43,447 nucleotides of DNA, taken from contig CBDDRG010000307.1 of the NCBI GenBank assembly GCA_965232975.1, positions 1-43,447 of the forward strand. The letters run 5' to 3'. The position numbers and the translations under genes are program-made. This stretch comes from an uncultured bacterium (GTDB lineage: Bacteria > Pseudomonadota > Gammaproteobacteria > Pseudomonadales > Porticoccaceae). Shown one piece after another: positions 8,483 through 16,623 of the stretch; position 1 is the first letter of the stretch, and the number at the start of each line of letters is the position of its first letter. Under the pieces are notes generated by a model that was not told the origin of the DNA, searched no databases, and saw nothing but the letters and a program-made list of their open reading frames with translations.

Positions 8483-9639
8483 CCACCACCATGCGCGCGG
8501 CCTCACTGGTGTTGACCGAGGAGCAGGAGCAGCTGCGCCGATCTGCCCGGGAATTCGCCAAAACCCAGTTCGATATCGGGCAACTGCGCAGCTATCGCGA
8601 CGAGGTTGACCCGCTCTGTTATTCCCGCAGCCACTGGCGGCAGATGGCGGAACTGGGCTGGACCGGCATTCTGTTCCCGGAGGAGTACGGCGGCCTCGGT
8701 CTCGGCCACGCGGACCTCGGCGTGGTGCTTGAAGAACTCGGTCGCCGCCTACTGCCGCAGCCGCTGCTGTCCACCGTGTTGCTGGCCGGCAACGCCATTC
8801 TGCGCGCGGGCAGCGACGCGCAGAAGCAGGCGGTGTTACCCGCCATCTGCGCTGGTGAGCAGGTGCTCACTTTCGCGTTTCAGGAGCAGGGCCGGTTTGC
8901 GCCCTGGCACATCGCCACCCGCGCCACCCGTCATGGCAGCGGCTTTCGCCTCGCCGGCGACAAATGCTTTGCGCTCGACGCCAACGGTGCGGATCAACTG
9001 TTAGTGCTCGCGCGCACCGCTGGCAGTACCGGCGAGCGCGACGGCCTGACGCTGTTTCTGCTCGACCCCCACACGCCCGGCATCACCAGCGAACGCACCC
9101 AGTTGCTCGATGTCCGCAACGCCGCGCGCGTCCGCTTCACTGCTGTCGAGGTGGCGGCAAGCCAGGTCGTCGGCGAGGTCGATGGCGCCGCGACCATTCT
9201 CGACCCGGTGTTTGACGACGCTGCGGTCGGCCTCAGCGCGGAGCTGCTGGGCGTACTGTCCGAGGCGTTCGACCGCACGCTGGCGTACCTCAAGATCCGC
9301 CGCCAGTTCGGCGTGCTGATCGGCTCCTTCCAGGCGTTGAAGCACCGCGCCGCCGACATGTTCTGCGCCCGCGAGCTGGCCGCGTCGGTGACGCTGGCGG
9401 CGCAGCGCGCGCTGGACGCCGGCCGCGCCGACGCGCCGGCGCTGGCGAGCGCGGCGAAGGCTCGGGTGTCCGATGCCGCCAACCTGATCGGCCGCGAATC
9501 CATCCAGATGTTCGGCGGCATCGGCATGACCGACGACGAGGAGATCGGCCTGTTCATGAAGCGCGCCCGCGCCGCCGAAACCACGCTCGGCGACAGCGCC
9601 TATCACCGCGACCGCTTTGCGACGCTGAACGGCTTCTGA
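8479..9639 (+). CDS. Acyl-CoA dehydrogenase family protein (partner lacking the C-terminal catalytic Glu)
   Basis: ACAD-like throughout (FQALKHRAADM, QMFGGIGMTDDEEIGLFMKRA). The position aligned to the EGT(S/N)EI motif reads TLGDSAY, with no Glu. Confidence 0.8.
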   Translation: MTTTMRAASLVLTEEQEQLRRSAREFAKTQFDIGQLRSYRDEVDPLCYSRSHWRQMAELGWTGILFPEEYGGLGLGHADLGVVLEELGRRLLPQPLLSTVLLAGNAILRAGSDAQKQAVLPAICAGEQVLTFAFQEQGRFAPWHIATRATRHGSGFRLAGDKCFALDANGADQLLVLARTAGSTGERDGLTLFLLDPHTPGITSERTQLLDVRNAARVRFTAVEVAASQVVGEVDGAATILDPVFDDAAVGLSAELLGVLSEAFDRTLAYLKIRRQFGVLIGSFQALKHRAADMFCARELAASVTLAAQRALDAGRADAPALASAAKARVSDAANLIGRESIQMFGGIGMTDDEEIGLFMKRARAAETTLGDSAYHRDRFATLNGF

Positions 9640-9732
9640 CTTTGCCCGCGCGGCGCCCTGCATTCGGGGGCGCAGGGGTTCGATGGAGCGGGAGCGCGCC
9701 GCCCGCCTGCGATCTTATAACGAGGATTTTCC

Positions 9733-10449
9733 ATGACCGAGCTGATCCAGACCCGCGCTGCCGGCGCCATCCGCTACCTGACGCTCAATCGCCCCGACAA
9801 ACTCAATGCCCTCAGCGACGAGCTGGTCGCGGAGCTGACCGCGGCGCTGGTCGCGGCCGATGCCGACCCGGCGGTCGCGGTCATCGTGCTCGCCGCCAAC
9901 GGGCGCGCGTTCAGTGCCGGCGCCGATCTCCGGCGGCCGGAAACCCCACCAACGCACCGCGAAGTCGCGGCCAGTCTCGCCAGCACCATCCCGTTCTATA
10001 GCCTGGTCATGCGCCTCGACACGCCGGTGATCGCGGCCGTACAGGGCTATGCCCTCGGCGGCGGCTGCAATCTGGCGGTGTGCTGCGATATCGTGGTGGC
10101 CGCCGACAACGCCGTGTTCGGCTACCCCGAAGTCAAACTCGGCATGGTCGCGGCCGGCGTCGCGCCGGCGCTGGTGCACCAGATCGGCCGCAAGGCGGCG
10201 TTTGAACTGCTGGTGCTGTGCGAGAACATTGGCGCCCAGCAAGCGCTCACTTACGGCATGATCAACCGCGTGGTTGCCCTCGACCAACTGCTGCCGACGG
10301 CGACGGCGCTCGCCGAAAAACTGGCCGCGTTCGACGCCGATGCGCTGCGCCTGACCAAGCAGCTGATCCGCCGCGCCGCCGATCTGCCGCTACCGGCCGC
10401 CTTTGAGCTCGGCCGCGACCTCGGCCTCGCCATGCATCTGTTCAGGTAA
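9733..10449 (+). CDS. Enoyl-CoA hydratase/isomerase (crotonase) family protein
   Basis: LNRPDKLNALS, AFSAGADL, GYALGGGCNLAVCCD and FGYPEVKLG are classic crotonase-fold motifs. Confidence 0.85.
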   Translation: MTELIQTRAAGAIRYLTLNRPDKLNALSDELVAELTAALVAADADPAVAVIVLAANGRAFSAGADLRRPETPPTHREVAASLASTIPFYSLVMRLDTPVIAAVQGYALGGGCNLAVCCDIVVAADNAVFGYPEVKLGMVAAGVAPALVHQIGRKAAFELLVLCENIGAQQALTYGMINRVVALDQLLPTATALAEKLAAFDADALRLTKQLIRRAADLPLPAAFELGRDLGLAMHLFR

Positions 10450-10489
10450 CCGGTAACCGGTCGCCGCAACTACCATTCGGGATCACACC

Positions 10490-11755
10490 ATGGACTTCGA
10501 CATTCCCCAGGACCTCGCCGCCTATCTGCGCGAACTCGACGACTTCATCGAGCGCGTCATCAAGCCGCTCGAAAATCGGGACGACAACATTCGCTTCTTC
10601 GACCACCGCCGCGAGGACGCGCGCACCGACTGGGAGCGCGGCGGCCTGCCCAACGATAAATGGGAGGCGCTGCTGGAACAGGCCAAGCGCCTCGCCGACG
10701 CCGCCGGCCACTATCGCTATCCGGTCGGCGCGGAATACGGCGGTCGCAACGGCACCAATCTGGGCATGGCGGTCATCCGCGAGCATCTCGCCCGGAAGGG
10801 CCTGGGCCTGCACAACGACCTGCAAAATGAACACTCCATCGTCGGCAACAATGTCGGCGTGCTGCTGATGCTGGCCTATGGCACCGAGGCACAGAAGGCG
10901 GAGTGGGTCGAGGACATGCTGGCCGGCAAGAAAAGCTTCGCCTACGGCATCACCGAGCCCAATCACGGCTCCGACGCCACCCATATGGATACGGCCGCGG
11001 TGCGGGTGGGGGATGACTGGATCATCAACGGCGAGAAAACCTGGAACACCGGCATCCACCGCGCGCCCTACGATCTGGTCTATGCGCGCACCAGCGGCAA
11101 GGCCGGCGACGCCCAGGGCATCACCGCATTCCTGGTGCCCATGAACGCGGCGGGGTTGAAGATCGAGGAGATGCTGTGGACCTTCAACATGCCGACCGAT
11201 CACGGCCGGGTGTCCTTCACCGATGTGCGCGTGCCGCACACCGCGATCCTGGGCGGCGAAGGGCGGGGGTTGCAGGTGGTGCAGCACTTCTTCAACGAGA
11301 ACCGCATCCGCCAGGCAGCATCGAGTCTGGGCGCGGCGCAGTTCTGCATCGACGAGGCGGTGGCCTACGCCAGGGTGCGCAAGCCGTTCGGCAAGGCGCT
11401 GGCGTCCAACCAGGGCATCCAGTTCCCGCTGGTCGAGTTGCAGACCCGCGCCGAGATGCTGCGCGCGCTGATTCACAAGACCGCGTGGAGCATGGACAAA
11501 TACGGCAATTTCGCGGTGTCGGACAAGGTGTCCATGTGCAATTACACCGCCAACCGGCTATGTTGCGAAGCTGCCGACTGGGCGATGCAGGTGCACGGCG
11601 GCCTCGGCTATTCGCGCCACAAGCCGTTCGAGCACATCTACCGCCACCACCGCCGCTACCGCATCACCGAGGGTGCGGACGAGATCCAGATCCGCCGCAT
11701 CGCCGGCTACATGTTCGGCTTTATGGCACAGCAAAAACCCAAAGGCGTGGCCTGA
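10490..11755 (+). CDS. Acyl-CoA dehydrogenase family protein
   Basis: GITEPNHGSDA, WNTG and QVHGGLGY, plus the C-terminal ITEGADEIQIRRIA with the catalytic Glu. Confidence 0.85.
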   Translation: MDFDIPQDLAAYLRELDDFIERVIKPLENRDDNIRFFDHRREDARTDWERGGLPNDKWEALLEQAKRLADAAGHYRYPVGAEYGGRNGTNLGMAVIREHLARKGLGLHNDLQNEHSIVGNNVGVLLMLAYGTEAQKAEWVEDMLAGKKSFAYGITEPNHGSDATHMDTAAVRVGDDWIINGEKTWNTGIHRAPYDLVYARTSGKAGDAQGITAFLVPMNAAGLKIEEMLWTFNMPTDHGRVSFTDVRVPHTAILGGEGRGLQVVQHFFNENRIRQAASSLGAAQFCIDEAVAYARVRKPFGKALASNQGIQFPLVELQTRAEMLRALIHKTAWSMDKYGNFAVSDKVSMCNYTANRLCCEAADWAMQVHGGLGYSRHKPFEHIYRHHRRYRITEGADEIQIRRIAGYMFGFMAQQKPKGVA

Positions 11756-11800
11756 ACATCATTTGATCGACGGCCAGCCCTATCAACCAAGGAAACCATT

Positions 11801-12889
11801 ATGGAAGTCGGCGTTGTCATGGCTTTTCAGAGCAGCCACAACCAGCCTCTGAGCGATCTTGAGATTTACCAGCAGGAGATCGCCATCGCCGAACTGGCGG
11901 AGCCGCTGGGGTTCAGTTCCATCTGGGGCGTCGAGCACCACTTCACGAACTACACCATGTGCCCGAACCCGTTGCAGTTCCTCACCTACATGGCGGGCAA
12001 AACCAGGACCATCAAGCTGGGTACGGCGGCGCTGATCCTGCCCTGGCACAAGGATCCGCTGCGCATCGCCACCGATATCTGCATGCTCGACAACCTGTCG
12101 AACGGCCGGGTCATCGTCGGCCTCGGGCGCGGTCTCGGCCGCGTGGAATACGACGGCTTCGGCATCGCCATGGACAGCTCCCGCGACCGCTTCAACGAAT
12201 CCGCGCCGATGATTCTGAACGCCATCGAGACCGGCTTCATGGACGCCCACGACGGCGAATACTTCAAGCAGATCCGCTGTGCGATCCGCCCCGCGCCCTT
12301 CAAGAGCTTCAAGAATCGCACCTATATCGTCTCCATGTCGCCCGACACCGTGCCCCACGCGGCCCGGCTGGGCGGCACCATGATGACTTTCGCGGTCGGC
12401 CCCTGGAAGCAGCGCGCCAAGGACATCAAGCAGTATCGGGAGCTGTTTGAAAAACAACACCACCGCCCGGCGCCGCCTACCTCCGCCAACATCTTCACCA
12501 TCTGCGACAAGGATCCCGGCCGCGCCAAAGCCATGGCCCACAAGTACATGGGCGACTACTGGGAGTCGGCGATGCAGCACTATGAGATGAAGGGCGAACA
12601 TTTCGACAAGATCAAAGGCTATGAACACTACGGCCGCTCCGCCGTCGCCATGCGCGAGAACGCCGATCGGGTGACGGAACAGTATGTCGAACAGCAGATC
12701 TACGGCACGCCCGACCAGTGCCTGGAAAAGCTGAAAGGCATCGAGGATATCGTCGGCCCGCTGGAACTGAACTGCTTCTTTACCTACGCCGGCATGGACT
12801 ACGACTACGTCAAAAGCAGCATCACGCTGTTTGCCGAGCAGGCACTGCCCGTGCTCAAGAAATGGGAGTACGTGGGTAACGCCGCCTGA
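11801..12889 (+). CDS. LLM-class flavin-dependent monooxygenase, LuxA/alkanal-monooxygenase-like
   Basis: VEHHFTNYT, GTAALILPWH, LSNGRVIVGLGRG, NRTYIVSMS and YGTPDQC are collinear with my memory of Vibrio LuxA. Last gene of the 7307-12889 plus-strand operon. Confidence 0.85.
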   Translation: MEVGVVMAFQSSHNQPLSDLEIYQQEIAIAELAEPLGFSSIWGVEHHFTNYTMCPNPLQFLTYMAGKTRTIKLGTAALILPWHKDPLRIATDICMLDNLSNGRVIVGLGRGLGRVEYDGFGIAMDSSRDRFNESAPMILNAIETGFMDAHDGEYFKQIRCAIRPAPFKSFKNRTYIVSMSPDTVPHAARLGGTMMTFAVGPWKQRAKDIKQYRELFEKQHHRPAPPTSANIFTICDKDPGRAKAMAHKYMGDYWESAMQHYEMKGEHFDKIKGYEHYGRSAVAMRENADRVTEQYVEQQIYGTPDQCLEKLKGIEDIVGPLELNCFFTYAGMDYDYVKSSITLFAEQALPVLKKWEYVGNAA

Positions 12890-12899
12890 TACTGCGGCA

Positions 12900-12976
12900 C
12901 TAGGAGCCTGTCGGACGTGCGCGTCCGCATTCGGTCTTGCCGCCGGGAGACAGCCTCAAGTCCGACGGGCTCCTAG
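12900..12976. mobile_element. Short (77 bp) derivative of the MITE-like repeat
   Basis: CTAGGAGCCTGTCGGAC at the left and CTCAAGTCCGACGGGCTCCTAG at the right. Both TIRs are retained (one mismatch). The central ~95 bp with the TTTGCGCAAA palindromes is absent. Confidence 0.55.
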
Positions 12977-13077
12977 GCAGGTGTTGACAGAACCTGGAAC
13001 CGGTCGGGTCGGCCGTCCAACGCGTGAGCTTTGGCGTTTTTAGAGCTTTCTGCGGTAATCACCGAGAGGATCGTGCA

Positions 13078-13299
13078 ATGCTTGTCTCCAAAGCCAACGA
13101 ACTGGTGGGCACGTCAACGGTGTCCTTTGAAGCCGCCGTCGCGGCGATATTGGTGCGCGCCAACCGCACGCTGCGTGGCGTCCGCGCCATCGAAGTCATC
13201 AGCAAGAGCATCGCCGTCGGCGCCGACGGCGAACTCAACTACCGGGTGCGCGGCTATCTGCAATTCGCCATCACCCCGCCCGATCAACTGCATTGGTAG
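13078..13299 (+). CDS. Dodecin-family small protein (paralogue 1)
   Basis: 73 aa preceded by a GAGAGGA RBS. ELVGTSTVSFEAAV...RANRTLRGVRAIEV...GELNYRV matches the dodecin pattern ExxGxS..S.E.A....A..T.R.....EV....G.I..Y.V. Confidence 0.6.
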   Translation: MLVSKANELVGTSTVSFEAAVAAILVRANRTLRGVRAIEVISKSIAVGADGELNYRVRGYLQFAITPPDQLHW

Positions 13300-13315
13300 C
13301 AGGAACAGGAAGCCC

Positions 13316-13519
13316 ATGAGCGTATCCAGCGTGTCGACCATCACCGCCACCTCCCCGACGAGTTGGCAGGACGCCCTCGAAAAGGGGTTCAAGCGGGCGC
13401 GCCAGACCCTGCGCGGGATCGAAACCATCGAGGTCGTCGCCGAGCGAGTGTGGGTGCAAAAGGGCGAGATCAAGGATTACGAGGTGGAGCTGAAGATCAT
13501 CTTCGCGCTCGAGGATTAG
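13316..13519 (+). CDS. Dodecin-family small protein (paralogue 2)
   Basis: 67 aa preceded by an AGGAACAGGA RBS. ITATSPTSWQDALEKGFKRARQTLRGIETIEVV...GEIKDYEVELKIIFALED fits the dodecin pattern. The 162-aa track ORF is an artefactual 5' extension. Confidence 0.65.
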   Translation: MSVSSVSTITATSPTSWQDALEKGFKRARQTLRGIETIEVVAERVWVQKGEIKDYEVELKIIFALED

Positions 13520-13579
13520 CTGCCGGCGGCGTCAACTTCAGCCGCCTCGATGCCGCCTCGATGCCCTATTTGCGATGCG

Positions 13580-14959
13580 CTACTTGGTTGTCGCCAGTCT
13601 CAGCCCGCTGCCACCGCCAGCCTCCAGCCAGGTTTTGAACCGGCCGGCGTCGCCAAAGGGGGTGAGTTTGCCCGGCGCGTCGAGAAATATCATCACCACT
13701 TGCCGCTGGGCGACCTCGGCGAGCATGACCAGACAGTGGCCGGCTTCATTGATAAACCCTGTCTTGCTCAGTGCAATGTCCCACTGCCCGGCGCGCACCA
13801 GACGGTTGGTGTTTTTGTAGGCCAGCGGATATCTGGCGGAGCCCAACCGAATTTCATCATCCGCGGTGGTGGTGAAGCGGCGAATCAGGGCATAACTGTT
13901 CGCCGCTTTCACCATTTTCACCAAGTCTGCTGCGGTCGAAACATTGGTCGGTGTCAGCCCGGTGGGGTCGTTGAAACGGGAGTCCTTCATGCCCAGGCTG
14001 AGCGCTTTGGCCCGCATGGCCGCTATGAACTTGGCGCGGCCACCCGGATAGGCGCGCGACAGCGCGGATGCCGCCCGGTTTTCGGACGACATCAACGCGA
14101 GTTGAAGCAGTTTGGCGCGGGTCAGGCGGGCGCCGACCGGCAGGCGCGACGTCGTGTGTTTCAGATGATCGATATCTTCGGAGCTGATGGTGATGGTCGC
14201 CTGCATATCCGGCTTGGAATCCAGTACCACCATGGCCGTCATCAGTTTGGTGATGGAGGCGATGGGCATTTGCTGATCGGCGTTTTTCAGATAGAGCGCC
14301 TCGCCGGTCAGTGAATCCACCATCAATGCGCTGGCTGCGGCCAACTGGAGCTTGGTGGGTACTCTCGCGCCCGACCGGGCGGGCGGACGCACGCTGTGTT
14401 GCGCGACCGTCGTGCGCCGCTTGACGGCGGCGCGGGATTTGACCGGCGCCGGCCGCCGCGCTCCGGTTTTAACGGTCGTCTTGGTCTTGGTGGCGACGAT
14501 CTTTCTGGCCGCTGTTTTCTTGGCTGTTGTCACCAGCTTGCGGGTCGGCGCCACGCCTTTTGGGGCGGGTGTCGCGGTTTTGCCGGATTTGGGTGCGCTG
14601 GCTTCCACATCGGCGGTGGCCGGGGTGTTCACGGAAGATATGGCCTTGGTAGCGGGCGTTGCGGGCGCATGGTCAACCGTGATTGCCTGCCTGCCGACAG
14701 TGGTTGCCGCTGTTGTCGCCAAGGTGGAGCCCGACGTTGGGTTGGTGGCAACCAGCCAAGCCCCAAAGCTCTTTTTAGCCTCCGTCGCGGCGGGATTTGA
14801 TGGCGGGGACGCAGCAATCGGTGCGGGCATGTGGTGCGGCGCCGCTGGTTGCGCTCCGGGCGCGGTGGGGGCAGGCCCCGCCGCGAGGCCGGCGCTGGCG
14901 AGTATCACCGCAATGGCGGCGAGGGGGCGGCGGAAGAGCCGGGCGCGGCGGAGGGGCAT
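13580..14959 (-). CDS. pbpG: D-alanyl-D-alanine endopeptidase (PBP7/PbpG-like, class C PBP) with long low-complexity N-terminal extension
   Basis: All three PBP motifs are present: SITK (SxxK), SSEN (SxN) and KTGF (KTG). An N-terminal signal sequence is followed by ~190 aa rich in Ala/Pro/Thr/Lys. Confidence 0.8.
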   Translation of the reverse strand: MPLRRARLFRRPLAAIAVILASAGLAAGPAPTAPGAQPAAPHHMPAPIAASPPSNPAATEAKKSFGAWLVATNPTSGSTLATTAATTVGRQAITVDHAPATPATKAISSVNTPATADVEASAPKSGKTATPAPKGVAPTRKLVTTAKKTAARKIVATKTKTTVKTGARRPAPVKSRAAVKRRTTVAQHSVRPPARSGARVPTKLQLAAASALMVDSLTGEALYLKNADQQMPIASITKLMTAMVVLDSKPDMQATITISSEDIDHLKHTTSRLPVGARLTRAKLLQLALMSSENRAASALSRAYPGGRAKFIAAMRAKALSLGMKDSRFNDPTGLTPTNVSTAADLVKMVKAANSYALIRRFTTTADDEIRLGSARYPLAYKNTNRLVRAGQWDIALSKTGFINEAGHCLVMLAEVAQRQVVMIFLDAPGKLTPFGDAGRFKTWLEAGGGSGLRLATTK

Positions 14960-15164
14960 AGGGGCTGCAATCGTCGTTGGCCGCTGATTCTAGTCTTAAG
15001 AACCGTCTGCGAAAAAGCCCCTAAGCCATTTAAAATCGGTTTATTTGGGGGGCAAATTAGGGGTCGTGAGTGCCTTTGACCAAGTCCTCACAGTATAGGC
15101 GACAGTGGTAATGCCCGCCGGCATGGCGCACCGGCATGACGCACTTGGTTGAATGATTGTGTCC

Positions 15165-15848
15165 TCAAGACCTAAACAGCCGGCTGTATTGGGTTTCATG
15201 CAGCATGCTCGCCAGTGCCACACCCGCAAGGCTGAGGCCGATATCGCCGTCGGCGACCTCGGTGGCGGTCTTTACTGCTGCGCTGACAGGCGGCGTCAGT
15301 TGCTCCAATACCAGTTGCCCGGCCGTCTGACCGAGCGGGAACAGCTTTAGCGCGGCGGCGATCTGGTTGTCCAGCCAACTCCACACCAGCCCGGTCGCCG
15401 CCGATTCATAGTCGATGCGGTGGTACCGGCAAACCAGCGCATAGGCCGCGAGGTGGCCGATCTCCGCGTCCGCCGGCCAGTCCAGCGCGGTGGGCACCGC
15501 GAGCGAGCGCAACAGGCGCAGCAGCGCGGCGCCGATCTGCACGTCCTGCGCACGCAGTTCGGCGGTTTCCCGCAGTGCCAGCGCCTGGTGATTCCAGTCC
15601 ACAAAGGCATCCGGTTCGGCGCTCAGCAGTCGCACCAGCAGCGGCAACTCCTGGTGCGCGAAGGTGTGGCTTAGCACACCGCCGAGCCAGTCCACCAGCG
15701 TGTCCGCATCGACGAGCCAGCCGCGGTCGATGGCGGCCTCCAGCCCCTGGGACCAAGCGAAGCCGCCGATGGGCAGCGACGGGCTCGAAAAGCGCAGCAG
15801 TTGCAGCAGCGCATTGCCGCTGGCGCCGACCCCACCGTCAGTGATCAT
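15165..15848 (-). CDS. ureF: Urease accessory protein UreF
   Basis: LLQLLRFSSPSLPIGGFAWSQGLEAAI is the typical UreF N-terminal region. The start at ATG 15848 (MITDGG) overlaps the ureE 3' end. The track ORF extends to 15908. Confidence 0.85.
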   Translation of the reverse strand: MITDGGVGASGNALLQLLRFSSPSLPIGGFAWSQGLEAAIDRGWLVDADTLVDWLGGVLSHTFAHQELPLLVRLLSAEPDAFVDWNHQALALRETAELRAQDVQIGAALLRLLRSLAVPTALDWPADAEIGHLAAYALVCRYHRIDYESAATGLVWSWLDNQIAAALKLFPLGQTAGQLVLEQLTPPVSAAVKTATEVADGDIGLSLAGVALASMLHETQYSRLFRS

Positions 15849-16323
15849 GATCGTGGTGCGCCGAGCGGGCATCGGTATGGTCGTGGCGCCCACCCTCGCC
15901 GCTGGCATAGGCGCCGTCCTCGGGCTCGAAGGGCGCGGACTCGACCGTCACCCGCAGCCCGAGCCCCACCACCATGGCGTCGAGCACATGGTCGTGCTGA
16001 TAGCGCAGCCAGCCGGGGCCGATCTGTAACGGTACATGGCGATTGCCGAGGTGGTAGGCCGCGCGCGCCAACAGATAGGGGGCAGCGGCCGCTGCGATGC
16101 TCAGGATTTCCGGCGCCGCCTGCACCGCGACCAGGCGCCCGCTGTCATCGCGCAACCGGTCGCCATCGCGCAGCACCCGCCCGCGCGGCAGCATCACGCC
16201 CAGGCTTTCGCCCTCGGTGGATTCGGCCTTGAAGCGGCTCCTTTTGCGCAGGTCGTAGGGCAGCCGCAGCGTGACTTGCGCAGCAGCCTCGGTCTGGAGC
16301 ACAAATTGGGTGATTTTTTTCAT
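15838..16323 (-). CDS. ureE: Urease accessory metallochaperone UreE
   Basis: 161 aa from MKKITQF, with LGNRHVPLQI and a His-rich tail (HDHTDARSAHHDHDH). The 378-aa track ORF is an upstream artefact. Confidence 0.85.
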   Translation of the reverse strand: MKKITQFVLQTEAAAQVTLRLPYDLRKRSRFKAESTEGESLGVMLPRGRVLRDGDRLRDDSGRLVAVQAAPEILSIAAAAAPYLLARAAYHLGNRHVPLQIGPGWLRYQHDHVLDAMVVGLGLRVTVESAPFEPEDGAYASGEGGRHDHTDARSAHHDHDH

Positions 16324-16623
16324 GGGCACCTGGGTCGTGACATCAGGGCGTTCATCAGGGGTGGCCGGAAATAGCAGCGAAGCTACCATCTCGCCGGCGG
16401 GGTCGGCGCGATAGCGTAACCCGACAGCGCCGAGACAGGTCAAGGTCGACCGGATTGCAGGGTTTGGGGCTTCCCTTGCGCGCAAGCGGTTGGCATTGAC
16501 CGCCGCGCCACACCGCCCGCAATATTCGCGGATTCGATACCGAGGTTGTTGGCGCCGGTCGTCGACGCTCGATTCGCTAATCATCCGCACACCTTCAGGG
16601 GCCGTTGCCCGCGGGAGCACACC

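Noticed and set aside
13031-13519. 162-aa ORF spanning both dodecin genes in a second frame
   Set aside because: Only the last 67 aa (from ATG 13316, which has an RBS) have a protein-like dodecin pattern. The upstream part overlaps the first dodecin gene out of frame.
13541-13562. Tandem 11-bp repeat GCCGCCTCGAT x2 between the second dodecin gene and pbpG
   Set aside because: There are only two units in a convergent intergenic spacer. It is too short to call a functional repeat.
16475-16486. 12-bp perfect palindrome CTTGCGCGCAAG in the ureE/LLM divergent promoter region, superficially like the MITE TTTGCGCAAA motif
   Set aside because: Several 12-bp perfect palindromes are expected by chance in a window of this size, and it is GC-rich. 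There is no second copy or flanking conservation to support a binding site.
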